From positions 797,567 to 861,566 of the forward strand of contig BFEA01000002.1 in NCBI GenBank assembly GCA_003427395.1: DNA of 64,000 nucleotides, read 5' to 3'. Each line of letters opens with the position of its first letter. Positions within the stretch are counted from its first letter, which is position 1. The translations under genes were made by a program, and so were the position numbers. Positions 13,588 to 27,103 of this stretch are shown here, piece after piece. This stretch comes from Chara braunii (lineage: Eukaryota > Plantae > Charophyceae). The notes under the pieces are model-generated. The model ran no database searches. It was given only the letters and a program-made list of their open reading frames with translations, and was not told the origin of the DNA.

Positions 13588-15808
13588 ACGTTGCACATTT
13601 GGACAAAGTCCTCACTTTTCTGCGACAACACAAGTTCAAGATCAACGGTGAGAAGTGCGAGTTTGGCCGCACCCGTGTCTTGTACTTGGGTCATGAGATC
13701 TTCGCGGAAGGGTTGAAGCCCGATGACGCGAAGGTGGCCAGCATTCGCGATTGGCCATGTCCTCAGTCTGTAACTGAGATGAGATCTTTCTTAGGAATGA
13801 CAGGCTACTATAGGACTTTCATTAAGAACTATAGCATAGTGGCCGCTCCTTTGACTGATCTGGCCCGGCTTGACACCCCATGGGAGTGAACAGATAAGTG
13901 CGAGGCTGCTTTCAGACATTTGAAGCATGCGTTGACGTACTATGAAGTCTTGAAACTTCCTGATCCTGACAAGCCGTTTATAGTCATCACGGATGCCAGC
14001 CAATACGGCATTGGTGCCGTTCTCGCACAACAAGAGGGGCCAAAGTTAAGGCCAGTAGAGTACATGTCCAAGAAAATGTCGTCTCAGAAGTTGGCTAAGT
14101 CCACTTATGAGAAGGAACTCTACGCGGTGTACAAGGCTCTCACCCATTGGAGACACTATCTCCTTGGGAGGTTCTTCATCCTAAGGATTGATCATCAGAC
14201 CCTGAGATGGATGAGAACCCAGTCGGTACTCTCTGACGCTCTCAAGCGTTGGATTGAAGTCATTGATCAATATGACTTTGACCCTCCGTATCTCAAAGGG
14301 GAGTACAACAAGGTTGTTGATGCCTTGTCGCGCAGACCAGACTTCTCAGGTGCGCTGATTACTGAGTTTGATCTGATGGACAATGTTACTCAGTCTTTGG
14401 TGGAAGCCTATCGCAAGGACCAGTTTACGTCTGAGATCATACGCAGACTTGAGGCGAAGGACAAAAAGACCTCCGCTGAGTTTGAGTTGGTCAATGGCTT
14501 GCTGTTCCTAGAGAAGCCAGGGAATAAACGTCTGTGTGTTCCAAATAGCGAGTCTTTGCGTAGTTTGTATTTAGGCGAGTGTCATGATGCCACCGTCAAT
14601 TTTCGGTATAAGAAGACCGCAGCCAACTTGCTGCATCGGTTCTCGTGGCCCACGATGATGCGAGATGCTCAGCTGTACGTGGAGACTTGTCAAGTTTGCC
14701 AACGAGACAAGCCACGTACTCAGGTTCCTCTTGGGCTTCTGAAGCCCCTTCCGATTCCGGAACGGCCTGGTGAGCATATGTCCATGGATTTCATGGATAC
14801 TCTGATCACCAACAAGAGTGGAATGCATCACATCTTCGTCATCGTGGATAGATTTAGTAAGTATGCTAGGTTAATAGCCATGCCGGAAACAGCAAAGACG
14901 GAGTACGTGATTAGAATGTTCAAAGAGAACTGGGTCAAGGACTTTGGTCTACCGAAGTCCATTGTTAGTGATAGAGATGTCCAGTTCACCAGTGAGTTGT
15001 GGAAGGCTGCTGTTGCAGAACAGGGAACTCAGTTACAGATGACTTCTGGGAATCACCCAGAGGCCAACGGTCAGGCTGAGCAACTGAACCGCGCTGTGCA
15101 ACACCTATTGAGGCATTACATCAAGCCCAATCAGGTGGACTCGAATGAGAAGTCTGCTCTCATTGCCAACTTGTACAACAACGTTGTACACAGCGCCACC
15201 GGGGTGAGCCCAAACAGCTTACTACTAACATTCAAGCCTAGATTACCCCTAGACTTTCTTCTTCCTGAGAATCAAACCACTGCTGCACCAGGTACCCTGG
15301 AATTTACTTACCGCTATGAACAGAAGATGCAGCAGGTTGTAGAACAAATGCAGAAGGCGCAGGCTGCAATGATAGAGTCTGAAAATCGACACCGTCGGCC
15401 TTCTACATTTCAGGTTGGGGATAGGGTCTGGGTTAAGGCGTCAGAACTGGGACAGGGGCACGGGATCTCCCGCAAACTCATGCCCCAGTACTTTGGACCC
15501 TGGGAAGTCTTGGATATCGTTGGGACGGATCCGGATGGGACATCCTATGTTATCCGAATACCTGGTCATCTCCGTACTTACACTGTCTTCCACGCCTCCA
15601 AACTGGCACCTTTCAAAAAGACTGATCAATTTTCATCTCGTCGCTCAATGCTGCCCCCAACCATGGATGGAGAGGCGGACATCGATGATATCGTGGATCA
15701 CAGGGAACTGCCGGTATCAAGACCAGCAGGTCGGGGACGTCCTCCAAAACCGAAGTTGCAGTATCGCGTTCGGTTCCGGCATCACACTGATCCGAAGGAG
15801 GACAGATG
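13588..15808 (+). mobile_element. pol: Ty3/Gypsy chromovirus pol: RT C-terminus, RNase H, integrase, start of chromodomain
   Basis: KCEFG...YLGH, SFLGMTGYYR, ITDASQYGIGAVL, YEKELYAV, integrase Zn finger (H..CQVCQ), SMDF/SDRD/NGQAE DDE core, YFGP-type GPF/Y motif, chromodomain YRVRFRHH; in-frame stop at 13889. Confidence 0.95.
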
Positions 15809-16315
15809 ATTGAGAAAAAGATTATGAATAATGGAAAATTAATTATGAAGAAGACAACATGAGCTTTAGTATCATGGCGCTGTCATCTCCTTCACCGCCA
15901 TCCTCAACATCACACCAGCTGAGAAAACTCAACCCTTCCACTCGTTACACCACTCAGATTGAGGCACTGCTTACTACTTTGCTACTTCACTTTATACTAA
16001 CTTATTGTCCTTTACTATGGTAAAAAAGCACACAAAGTGGCCACTCGTACGTGTACCTAGTGCCACTCAAAACCGAGCTTCATGTTCCCACAAAGAGTAC
16101 TCCGATCTGACGTACCAAGACCTGCAAAACTCAATCAGAGAAGAGGGGGAAGAAACAACTCAACGCATTCCAGAAAATGTCCGGGTGACACGCCATCTGA
16201 TGACTGAAAAAAGTCCAACTAATTTGCCAGGGCAATCGGAGGCCTGGTCCCCTGCCATGAAACAGACAAACGTCCTTACCTTATCCCTTGGATGCTTCGA
16301 AGCAAGGTGGTCGCT

Positions 16316-19126
16316 TCAAACAGATGAAAACGAGTTCAACGCTCGGTTGTCATAAAGCATTTCTACCAGGTTTTTTAAACTCCCCCACAGCAGCTTTAGA
16401 TCCCGCCGCTGCATCCACTGCAGAACAGAGACGACAAACTTTGCAGGGTACGCGAGTTTCTCAAGTTCTGGGGCTAGCGAAAGAACCGCACAGCATATCG
16501 GGCCTGGATGGTTACAGTTCCGTGAGATCCTTACAATCGTATTAGCCACAGTAACAAATTTTGTTGTTTTCGGGTAAAAAGACGAACAATCCTTGTAGGT
16601 ACGGAGGCGTAGCGTTTGCGGGGACCATATGGCTCCAGCGTTCTTGAATTTTTGAGAGAAGAGGACTGTCGGGGAACGGTCTGTAACCACGATTCTGGTT
16701 TCCAAGAAATCTGAAACCCCATTTTCGGGGTCAGTTCATTCCAAGCTTAACTCGACTGGGTAACACCCGGAAATCCGATCCAGTCGTACTTCAGCGTTCC
16801 TTTCACCATCTTCGAAGAGGAGGAGATCGTCAATGTACCGTTTCCCATATATAAACCTTGCATCAGTCCCGAGGGACCGAATAAACTTAGACTCGGCACA
16901 CATGCACATAATACAGGCAAGCGGTGGACTTGCCCGACCCCCCATCGGGATGCCTTTCTTCTGTCGCAGAATACTGTCAGCAACAAGAAAAAAGGTATTC
17001 TTGAGTTGGAAATTAGTTAAATTGATCAATTTGTTTAGGCGCAAGGATTTCCAACCGGTTTCCCCATGTGCTTTTTCAAAAGTCACCAGTTTCTTCCGAG
17101 TATTAAATATGAGTCACCGTATTCCTTTCTCCGCAAACAGGCTGACGATCCATTCAACAGCAAGGCGAATCTCATCGTGAGGCAGTTGTGTGAACATTTC
17201 TTTAATGTCGTAAGTACGGGCTACGACCTTAAGGTCTTCTAATTTTTCACACCGCAGATTCACCTTTCCAATTTCTTTGCTCAGATCGCACAAGCTTCTA
17301 AAGTTAAAATGCGGGACATGGACCCGTTTTATAAGTTCATTCAGACCAAGGGACAGCACGCTAGAAGTGGAGCGAAAAGGGCTCTGATAGGAAGGGACTA
17401 TTGGCCTCCTTTTTTTTATTTTTATCCTTTTTTTTCGTCATAATGTACGAGTGTTGCAAAACTCCGTGCGTGTCCCAGTTGGCAGCATCCTATAGACCAT
17501 CAAATGTATATGCATTTTGGATTTCCAACCGAACTTCACTTTTTCCTTTGTTAACCACTTCGTAATTCTCGTTTTCAAGGAACATCTTTTTTGACCCGTC
17601 CCCATACCTTTTTGGGCATTCGATCCATGTTTCGCTTGGGTTCCGATCCAAGGGAGACATGACGAGCCTCGAGAAAGCATGTTTAAACCCCCGTGACATA
17701 TTCGTTCAAGACACAACCAACTGGCTTAGGCTGGCCTTTCTTATTTACTTTAGTAGTGTTGATTCAAAATTGCGTCCTGATCAGATCCATCTTGTACAGA
17801 CAGCCAAGTGCATCATTGCATGCTTTATTAAGTTCATCTTTTACAGCAAGAGTGCCAGGAAACGACACATTTTTTGAATTAAACACGAACGGGTGTATAC
17901 CGTCCACCTCGCTAAGCTTAACTGCGACTTGCCCGTCTCTGCGGGGTAAGTCGAGGTCCGCACAGGTGCAATCCAGACTGCGACTCTGTGCGTAGGCCTT
18001 TTGGTTATGCAAAAGATCACCAACCGATTTGGCTCTCAGCCACACGGCTCTGGTCCTCTTAGAATACAAGTCAACTAGTGAGGTAGGCAGCACGTTTCCC
18101 ACAATCCATCTTTTCACTTTGATACAACACACGCTTTGTTAATTGTCATACAAAAAGGAATCTTAATAACTCCATTCGCACGAGGGTTCAAACCAAATTT
18201 CTTTTTGAACACATTAGTTAAGATGCCACGAATGATCTACCGTCCACGTTCCTGATTAATACTTTTAACAACATTATTGAGCTCAATCAACTCATCCAGC
18301 CCGCATTTGTACAGATCCCTCCGTTTTCAGGGGGCCCTCAGTAAGGCTATCAGTTCTCCTTTCCTTAGTTCATTCTTGTTTTTTGTCTGGAAAAGCTCAG
18401 TGATCTGTTCTTCTCCTCCTTCTTTAATTGCTTGTTTAGCATCTTTAAGTAGAAGGTTATGGCCCTGACATCTTACCTTAGACAACCCAAAAAGCAACAC
18501 AATCAGACGCCATACTTTCAGCCATCTGCATCCAGTGTTGTTAGTCACGCTGATCATACGACGCTTCTTTCTTTTTTCCAGAAGTTTTAAGATACAGAGT
18601 AAATCGGGTTCGCCGTTAATGTCCAACTCTGAGCATGCAAACAACAATGGTTCTGAAACTGCAGTCGGAGCCAATCCCAACTTCTTTCTTCTGTTCCATC
18701 TGTCGCGGGGTATCCGCTTGCAATTCCGTTTTTTACTTTCACGTGCGTTTAGCCAGGGTTGATACTTTTAATCAGAGTTTGTTCCAAAATCTCAATCGAA
18801 CATTCCTCGCCGAACCAGATCGGAATGGATATATAGTGTTCCCACCCCACTTTCTGCAACCAGGAGTGAATATTTTGCTTGCTCTCTCCCCGGGCGGATC
18901 TGCAGTGCTCAGCCCATCGGTCTCTAAGGGACCACACAGTCTTACCCACGTAAGTGAGCTTATGGTTTAGAGACATTAGAACATATACGCAACAATTCGC
19001 ACTAAAAAGTCTTTCCCATTTGTCAGTGTTCATGCGCAACCACAGGGACACGAACGGTTTCCCCCAACTAATAAAGTCTTTCAAGTAGGCAAGGACTATT
19101 AACAGAGCATGGACACGGTCGAGCAA
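16316..19126 (-). pseudogene. PLE ORF2 (disrupted): GIY-YIG endonuclease, CxC linker, reverse transcriptase
   Basis: CVYVLMSLNHKLTYVGKT..LRDRWAEH..LEQTLIKSINP (18749-19126); DCTCADL; YDIKEMFTQLPH, RQKKGIPMGGRASPPLAC, RYIDDLLL (16736-17359); several stops and frameshifts. Confidence 0.9.
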
Positions 19127-19209
19127 GACACGCAGTGAGCTGTCTACTCGGCCCTTCTAATCAATAATACCTTTCGTGGCTCGCGATAAGGACCTCAGAC
19201 TGTTGCAAC

Positions 19210-20633
19210 CTAGTTTTTCCTGACGGGGTGCAGATATGACAGCTTATCGGAATCATCTTCGATGTCAACAGACTTCCTCGACGATTCACCCTCCTTCGCG
19301 CCCTTCCTGTCCTTCAGAAGGTCGGCGTATTCCTGCAGGTCGCGTCTGGCTAGTTCCCAGGCACCCATTTCCTTACGGAAATACTGGATGCTCTTCTCCT
19401 TACACAGTGCCTGCACGCGGGTATAGTGCAAGGAACTGTAATAGTCCATCCGGATCTTCTTGTAGGCGGCAAGTCGGCCTTCGTCTTCCTCTTCCTCTTC
19501 GTCGGCATTGGGCGCGTTCTGCGCGATGTCAATATCTTCCCTGTCGTCCTCCATGGTGCCATGTTTATCGCCAGAGGGTTCAATCACTTGTGCCTTCCCC
19601 TTCGCGTCACCAAGCCCCTGCATCAGAGCCGCAAGCATCCATTTAATATCGGACAACTCGTTGTTGTTTTCGAGTTTGACTTGAAGGTTCTGCTTCACGC
19701 CGTCGGCACCTTCGTCATCAGAGGAGATATCAATTCGCTTTGGACGTGACTTCAGACTTCCGCGAGAGCGAGTCTTGGCGCGTGCAGCAGAAGGTGAGTT
19801 ATCAAGAGGGGTACGAGCGCCGATCCTCTTCCTCTTCTCGCTGCTGGAAGTATCTTTGCTCTCTTTACTCTCTCTTTCTCCAGGTTTCTCTCTACGGAGT
19901 CGCTCGAGCTCTTCTTTCTCCGTCGTGGTCATCTTTGTCTTCACATCTACCGCCTCCAGTTTCTCGGTAATAAGCTTCAACGAGTCACCGAGCGTGCTCG
20001 TAACCCAAGCCTTCATTTCTTTCGTCTTGTCAATCGGACGTGACTCGGCCCGACTGTTTTTTTCAGGGAGTTCGACAATCTTCACGCCGCTTCTCCGGGA
20101 AATGCCGATCTTCTTCTTAGTCTCCTCCAATGCCTTATTCATCTTAATCCCCTCTAGAATATCCATATACTCTTCCGTAAAGTACGCCCGGTTCCCTGGT
20201 CCAGGGAAGGCGTTCGCGGATTGGCCTTTCTCACTTCCTGACGAGTTCCCACCGTGTCGAGGTTGCACCTGTTGATTGCCATGGTGCGAATACAGAGGAG
20301 GTGGTGGAGGAGGAGGGGGAGGAGGAGGGGGTAGAGGAGAGATAGTTGGAGGAATTGTCGGCGCTATAACGGGTGGTATAGCTGTTGCTGCCATGGGGTG
20401 CGTCGCAACCCACGGAGCGTGCGTCGGCCACTGCCACGGTTGCACGCCCCATTGTGCATTCGGAAAATGCATTGACGCTCCTGGTTGTGGCGTTGCGGGA
20501 GCCTGCCCTCCGGGATACTGATATGGTTGGATCGGTACAATACCTGGCAGAGGCGGATTTCCTCCGGGAATGGTGTTACACCGTTTCCCGTCGACTGGTT
20601 TTGTCCGTATCCACTACTCCCAATACCCTCCAT
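19210..20633 (-). CDS. PLE upstream ORF1: Pro/Gln-rich N-terminus, coiled coils, basic/acidic tracts, short helical C-terminal domain
   Basis: 420-aa open frame 19210..20472, extendable through one frameshift to MEGIGSSG (~20633); lies inside the PLE unit, same strand as and just upstream of EN. Confidence 0.7.
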
Positions 20634-22050
20634 CCAGTAACGGTTGTCGCTGGACCACTTGCCCCGTCGGCCAGGCTTCTTACCATGGCCCCTCCCGTAC
20701 GTTCGACTGAGAAGGATGACGGCCGCAAAACTGCAACCCGAACAGAATCCAACAAACAGCTCCCTGTAACTGAATGTTTCTTCCGAGATGATGGTTGCAA
20801 GCGTCGTTGATGATTTCACGACCATACCAGTTGCTGTCTTAGCTTAGCAGACTCACTCCGTCAAAAGCAAAACTACAGGGACATGGCAGGCATCCTTGCG
20901 CGAGAGATGCTATGCGATAGTAAATTTGAAAAGGAGAAAATGAAAGAAGAAATAATAAGAAGAAGAAATAGAAATAAAACGGCATAATATCACGAACTAT
21001 GAGGTTGAAAACCATTGGAAACAAACGAGCGAGATAACACGTTCGTACATCAAAGCACAACGCCCGAGAAAAATACGGTAAATATCTTCACAGAACAACG
21101 GAACTGATCAAAAGATTTCTCAAACTCATCGAGCTTGACACAAACTTCAAGCGAAATAAAATAAAACAAAACGCGAAATCGAAGCGCAAAACCAAGCGCG
21201 AAAGCACGAAATCAGAGCATGAAAACAAAGCACGAAATCACCGAAGTGAAAACGGCACTGTAGTCTCGTAACCAGGCCACGGCAGGGTCGAGACTAGGGC
21301 TATAGACCATGAGAAAAGGATTACGAATAATGAAAAATTAATTATGAAGAAGACAACACGAGCTTTAGTATCATGGCGCCGTCATCTCCTTCACCGCCAT
21401 CCTCAGCATCACACCAACTGAGAAAACTCAACCCTTCCACTCGTTACGCCACTCGGGTTCAGGCACTGCTTACTACTTTGCTACTTAACTTTATACTAAC
21501 TTATTGTCCTTTACTATGGTAAAAAAACACACCAAGTGGCCACTCGTACGTGTACCTAGTGCCACTCAAAACTGAGTTCCATGTTCCCACAAAGAGTGCT
21601 CAGATCTGACGTACCAACACCTGCACAACTCAATCAGAGAAGAGGGGGAAAAAACAACTCGACGCATTCCAGAAAACGTTCGGGTGACACGCCAGCTGAT
21701 GACTGAAAAAAGTCCAACTAATTTGCCAGGGCAATCAGAGGCCTGGTCCCAGAAAATTATCTGCCATGAAACAAACAAACGTCCTTACCTCATCCCTTGG
21801 ATGCTTCGAAGCAAGGTGGTCGCTTCAAACAGATGAAAACGAGTTTGACGCTCGGTTGTCATAAAGCATTTCTACCAGGTTTTTCAAACTCCCCCACAGC
21901 GGCTTTAGATCCCGCCGCTGCATCCACTGCAGAACAGAGACGACAAACTTTGCAGGGTACGCGAGTTTCTCAAGTTCTTGGGCTAGCGAAAGAACCGCAC
22001 AGCATATCGGGCCTGGATGGTTACAGTTTCGTGAGATCCTTACAATCATA

Positions 22051-24097
22051 TTAGCCACAGTANNNNNNNNNNNNNNNNNNNNNNNNNNNNNNNNNNNNNN
22101 NNNNNNNNNNNNNNNNNNNNNNNNNNNNNNNNNNNNNNNNNNNNNNNNNNNNNNNNNNNNNNNNNNNNNNNNNNNNNNNNNNNNNNNNNNNNNNNNNNNN
22201 NNNNNNNNNNNNNNNNNNNNNNNNNNNNNNNNNNNNNNNNNNNNNNNNNNNNNNNNNNNNNNNNNNNNNNNNNNNNNNNNNNNNNNNNNNNNNNNNNNNN
22301 NNNNNNNNNNNNNNNNNNNNNNNNNNNNNNNNNNNNNNNNNNNNNNNNNNNNNNNNNNNNNNNNNNNNNNNNNNNNNNNNNNNNNNNNNNNNNNNNNNNN
22401 NNNNNNNNNNNNNNNNNNNNNNNNNNNNNNNNNNNNNNNNNNNNNNNNNNNNNNNNNNNNNNGTCCCGAGGGACCGAATAAACTTAGACTCGGCACACAT
22501 GCACATAATACAGGCAAGCGGTGGACTTGCCCGACCCCCCATCGGGATGCCTTTCTTTTGTCGTAGAATACTGTCAGCAACAAGAAAAAAGGTATTCTTG
22601 AGTTGGAAATTAGTTAAATTGATCAATTTATTTAGGCGCAAGGATTTCCAACCGGTTTCCCCATGTGATTTTTCAAAAGTCACCAGTTTCTTCCGAGTAT
22701 TAAATCTGAGCCACCGTATTCCTTTCTCCACAAACAGGCTGACGATCCATTCAACAGCAAGGCGAATCTCATCGTGAGGCAGTTGGGTGAACATTTCTTT
22801 AATGTCGTAAGTACGGGCTACGACCTTAAGGTCTTCTGATTTTCCACACCGCAGATTCACCTTTTCAATTTCTTTGCTCAGATCGCACAAACTTCTAAAG
22901 TTAAAATGCGGGACATGGACCCGTTTTATAAGTTCATTCAGACCAAGGGATAGCATGCTAGAAGCGGAGCGAAAAGGGCTCTGATAGGAAGGGACTATTG
23001 GCCTCCTTTTTTTTATCTTTATCCTTTTCTTTCGTCATAATGTACGAGTGTTGCAAAACTCCGTGTGTGTCCCAGTTGGCAGCATCCAATAGCCCATCCA
23101 ATTTATATGCATTTCGGATTTCCAACAGAACTTCACTTTTTCCTTTGTTAACCACTCCATAATTCTTGTTTTCAAGGAACATCTTTTTTAACCCGTCCCC
23201 ATACCTTTTGGGGCATTCGATCCATATTTCGCTTGCGTTCCGATCCAATGGAGACATGACCAGCCCCTAGAAAGCATGTTTAAACCCCCGTGACATATGC
23301 GTTCAAGACACAACCGACTGGCTTAGGCTGGCCTTTCTTGTTTACTTTAGTAGTGTTGATTCAAAATTGCGTCCTGATCAGATCCATCTTGTACAGACAG
23401 CCAAGTGCGTCATTGCATGCTTTATTAAGTTCATCTTTTACAGCAAGAGTGTCATGAAACGACACATTTTTTGAATTAAACACGAATGGGTGTATACCGT
23501 CCACCTCGCTAAGCTTAACTGCGACTTGCCCGTCTCTTCGGGGTAGGTCGAGGTCAGCACAGGTGCAATCCAGACCGCAACTCTGTGCGTAGGCCTTTTG
23601 GTTATGCAGAAGATCACCAACCGATTTGGCTCTCAGCCACACGGCTCTGGACCTCTTAGCATATAAGTCAGCTAGTGAGGTAGGCAGCACGTTTCCCACA
23701 ATCCATTTTTCACTTCTGATTCAACACACGCTTTGTTAATTGTCGTACAAAAATGAATCTTAATAACTACATTCGCACGAGGGTTCAAACCAAATTTCTT
23801 TTTGAACACATTAGTCAAGATGCCACGAATGATCTGCCGTCCACGTTCCTGATTAATACCCTTAACAACATTATTGAGCTCAATCAACTCATCCAGCCCG
23901 CATTTGTACAGATCCCTCCGTTTCTAGGGGGCCCTCAGTAGGGCTATCAGTTCTCCTTTCCTTAGTTCATTCTTGGTTTTTGTCTGGAAAAGCTCAGTGA
24001 TCTGTCATTCCCCGCCTTCTTCAATTGCTTGTTTAGCATCTTTAAGTAGCAAGTTATGGCCCTAACATCTTACTTTAGACAACCCAAAAAGCAACAT
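22051..24097 (-). pseudogene. Second PLE RT copy (lacks EN and ORF1; contains assembly gap 22063-22461)
   Basis: ORF 22051..22956 nearly identical to the first RT (YDIKEMF, GIPMGG). Confidence 0.9.
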
Positions 24098-24760
24098 GGA
24101 CAGATGGTTCACCAGGGAAGAGCTCGTGCAGACCACTCCCCAAGTTGAAACCCAATACGAGACATCTCTACAGAAGGGAAAGTGCCCTATGATCGAAGAC
24201 TGAGCTTCTCACAGGACTGTTGAAGCTGAGGAGGAGGTAATGCGAGGCCAATGCCTCTATGAGCCCCATAAGGCTCCCTTTTTGCAGCCCGTTGGCCGCC
24301 CTAAGTGAAGGCAGGCTCGACGAGGCCCTTAGGGCCCTTTTCTGGCCACCACGCAACTCAAGGAAATTCAAGCAGTTGCGCAGCGCCAGTTGGTTGAGTG
24401 AACCCAGGCCCTGGGCCGCCTGTGTGAACGTACGTGAAGCAGGCCCTGGGCTGGATATGGGTACCAGGCCAAACACAGGCCGAAAGCAGTTGGGCACATG
24501 CAACCAATTCAAACCCAAGACCTGCTCTCCTCGTAATTGGGCCTGAGGCAACCGGGGCCTACTAGAAGCTTCCTGGACTGGACGCAGGCAGGCCACTTCG
24601 ATATAGGGAAGGGTCTGCCTCCTCATTCAGCATTCGGGTGTTGGTTGCATGCTGTGCAAGCGCTGCTGCGCTATTTGGTGGCTGGCGCCTACGCTCTCAC
24701 GGGCGAGCAGGGAAGGAGCACGCAACGATAGCCGAGCTGCACTGCTATATGCTGGGTGAA
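24098..24760 (+). mobile_element. Remainder of the interrupted chromovirus: chromodomain end, PPT and probable 3' LTR remnant
   Basis: DRWFTREELVQTTPQV continues HHTDPKEDR; purine tract gaggaggagg at ~24228-24237. Confidence 0.8.
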
Positions 24761-24767
24761 GCGCAGG

Positions 24768-25135
24768 GTGGTCCTTGGGTGCTAGTGGCATCTGTGAGTT
24801 GGGGAACGAGGTTGTGAGTGTAGCGCGAGACCTACCTGGTGCTGGAAGTGTGCGACATTGGTCGCCATATGCTCGTACTTCAGGAATGTTGTTGATGTCA
24901 TCTTTCGGCTTCGTAGTATAGGTTAGATAGGATCTGCCACGTGTAGTATGGGCGCCGAGCGCCAGATAGGATAGTAACTCTGGTTCTTTGTTGATGATGA
25001 TGGGACTACTTCAACATTGTCAATTATGAACTCTTGGTGTGTTCTTATTTGGTGAATCTTGTGTTGCAATTCTGCTTTTGGTTCGAGGTCAAGACTATCT
25101 GGACACATATGTATGATGTTGTTTGATTGTTGAAG
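24768..25135 (-). repeat. Dispersed repeat homologous to 8535-8900
   Basis: Shared blocks gtccttgggtgc, ggggaacgaggttgtgagt, gggcgccgagcgccagataggata, caacattgtcaattatgaa. Confidence 0.9.
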
Positions 25136-25199
25136 TTCGTTATTGCTGAACTTCCTTGCAGGTCTCTCTACACCCTTACAGTAAAATCAATCTATAGAA

Positions 25200-26110
25200 T
25201 GCTAAGAGTGAAAATAAATCTCAAAGATAAAAGTATCAGCGAGATGGAGGAAACATCTTAATCTCAGCCAAGCAGATACAAGACCAATCAAGTGGTTTAG
25301 CTCAATGAAATTCAAACATGTCAAGGTTGTATCACTCCAATGACAGATTGAACACCGATGTCTACCCACTAATGATTGGTTGATGGACATATCCTCTCTA
25401 AAAAACAAAGGAATAGCCTCTCGATGGTGCAAATTCTGTAAAACTGTCTTTCCCAACTGACAGATCCTCGAAACTATTGAGCATTTATCTATACAATGTC
25501 CAGGGTCTATATAGCTTTGGAGATGGTGGGTTCGTATATAGTCTCAATTAGGTCCATTTATATCAAGGTCATGGAGGTGGAGGCTATCCTTTTGGAATCA
25601 TGGACTTCAAAACCTTATGAGGAATTCAATCTCTTCACAATTGGGAGAAGAGATGTCATGTGGGTCATATGGCTGAGAAGATGTACATACGAAATGAAAG
25701 AGGCCAGACTTGATGGCCTAGAGTTTACAGAAATAATCGACCATCAAATACAAACGGACATTTCCACTAAATGGGAACAAGTAAAAGATAAAATTCAGCA
25801 CTTATTTTCTCGAACTCAGATTCTCAAATGCATTCAACAATTTAGTTCAGCTGGCTGGGAGGAAACCAGGGAGGAAATCAGGAAACGTAGAATGGGGAGG
25901 GGCTTTGGGAGAGGATGATGAAGACATAAGTTGGGATTATAGGTTAGTCTTTGGTGACTAGACTATATGTGATTCATTTATTCCCCTTCGCTCCACCTTG
26001 GATTTCCCTGACCCTTTTCCCCTCCTCCATTGTCCATGGTATCCAAATCCTGGTTTGGTTATGACTGAAGAACAATGTGTTGGTTGTAGAGTGCTGTAGA
26101 AAAGTGGGTT
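25200..26110 (+). mobile_element. 3' fragment of an L1/Tx1-type LINE (zf-RVT region)
   Basis: HRCLPTNDWL...WCKFC...ETIEHLSIQCPGS..LW, then VMWVIWLRRC; frameshifted. Confidence 0.75.
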
Positions 26111-26349
26111 TGGATTATAGGCAATTCTGGACTAGAAAAGGTTGTTAGATCTGGCGCCCATTGAAGGGTGAAGGGGTTCAGTCTCATCCTATGGTACACA
26201 CAAGTCTGATACTAATTTCCATTGTTCAAATGGGACGTTTGACCCATTTTCCACTAGGTGCAGCTCCCCACCAATAGACGGAGTGATCAGAATGGAAGCT
26301 AGTAGGGAGGGGGGCCCTTATCACCCTGCATATTAGTGTCCACTGAGTC

Positions 26350-27103
26350 TTAAACCACTAGTACCTCCACGTGTGTTGGGAAATTACGAGGTTTTGTTAG
26401 TTCCCCAAGAAATTGGGGGTGGGATACAAGGTCGGCAACGTCCCATGAATCTGAGTTCTATAGTTCCGCGAATGAAAGGAAAAAGGAAAAAAAGAAAATG
26501 TTTTTTCCACTGCAATAATGTCGGGCAGGGTAGTCTAGGAGGTCGTGCTCACAATCTTCCTCCATAGAATACACCTTACAGGTAAGGCGGTTACATTTTG
26601 AATGTTATTGTTTTCTTTTTTTTCTTTGTCGTGTGTTTCTTATGAGTCCCCTGCCAATGAGGCAGGGCGGAATCCGCGAGCTTCTCAAGTTGTCCGTGAT
26701 TTGCTCAAGTTGTGTTTTGTCAGAGGATTGTAACGCTCATCACATTGGCACTTAGGAGAATGTATCCAACCATTTTCACAGCCGGATTCGTGTGCCCGTT
26801 TTTTTTTTCCCTTCTGAGTCCTGACAACCTGGCCACGGGGCTGAGGTGCCCTCACTAAAGACACAGTCACACCACCACTTCCAAGAATGTATACAACTGC
26901 AATCACGACCAAAACTTTGTTTCTTTTTTATTTTTATCCTCTTTTGTAAGGTTCACATCCGCAACTTCTCTTCTTCCTTTTTTTTTTTTTTTTTCCGTGA
27001 GAGTACCAAAAAGGAAACGGAGTGGTGCCCAGGCTCGACAAACTCGGAGCGCAGTGAAATTCAGGGTCGGCAAAAACAGGCTCGGAGGTACTAGTGGTTT
27101 TAA
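26350..27103. mobile_element. MITE with terminal inverted repeats and TTAA flanks
   Basis: ttaa-accactagtacctcc at 26350 and ggaggtactagtggtt-ttaa ending at 27103. Confidence 0.8.

Larger units (their letters stand above)
15809..24097 (-). mobile_element. Penelope-like element (Naiad/Chlamys type, EN upstream of RT), partial tandem: full unit 15809-21308 plus 5'-truncated unit 21309-24097
   Basis: 21309-24097 repeats 15809-~18500; flanked by ggacagatg at 15800-15808 and 24098-24106; RT and GIY-YIG motifs on the minus strand. Confidence 0.9.

Noticed and set aside
21355-21420. Hammerhead ribozyme in the PLE terminal region (minus strand CTGAGGATGGCG...CGCCATGATAC; plus strand CTGATGACTGAAA at ~16198 and ~21696)
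   Set aside because: The first lacks a correctly placed GAAA and stem I. The second is on the antisense strand and has no stem II.
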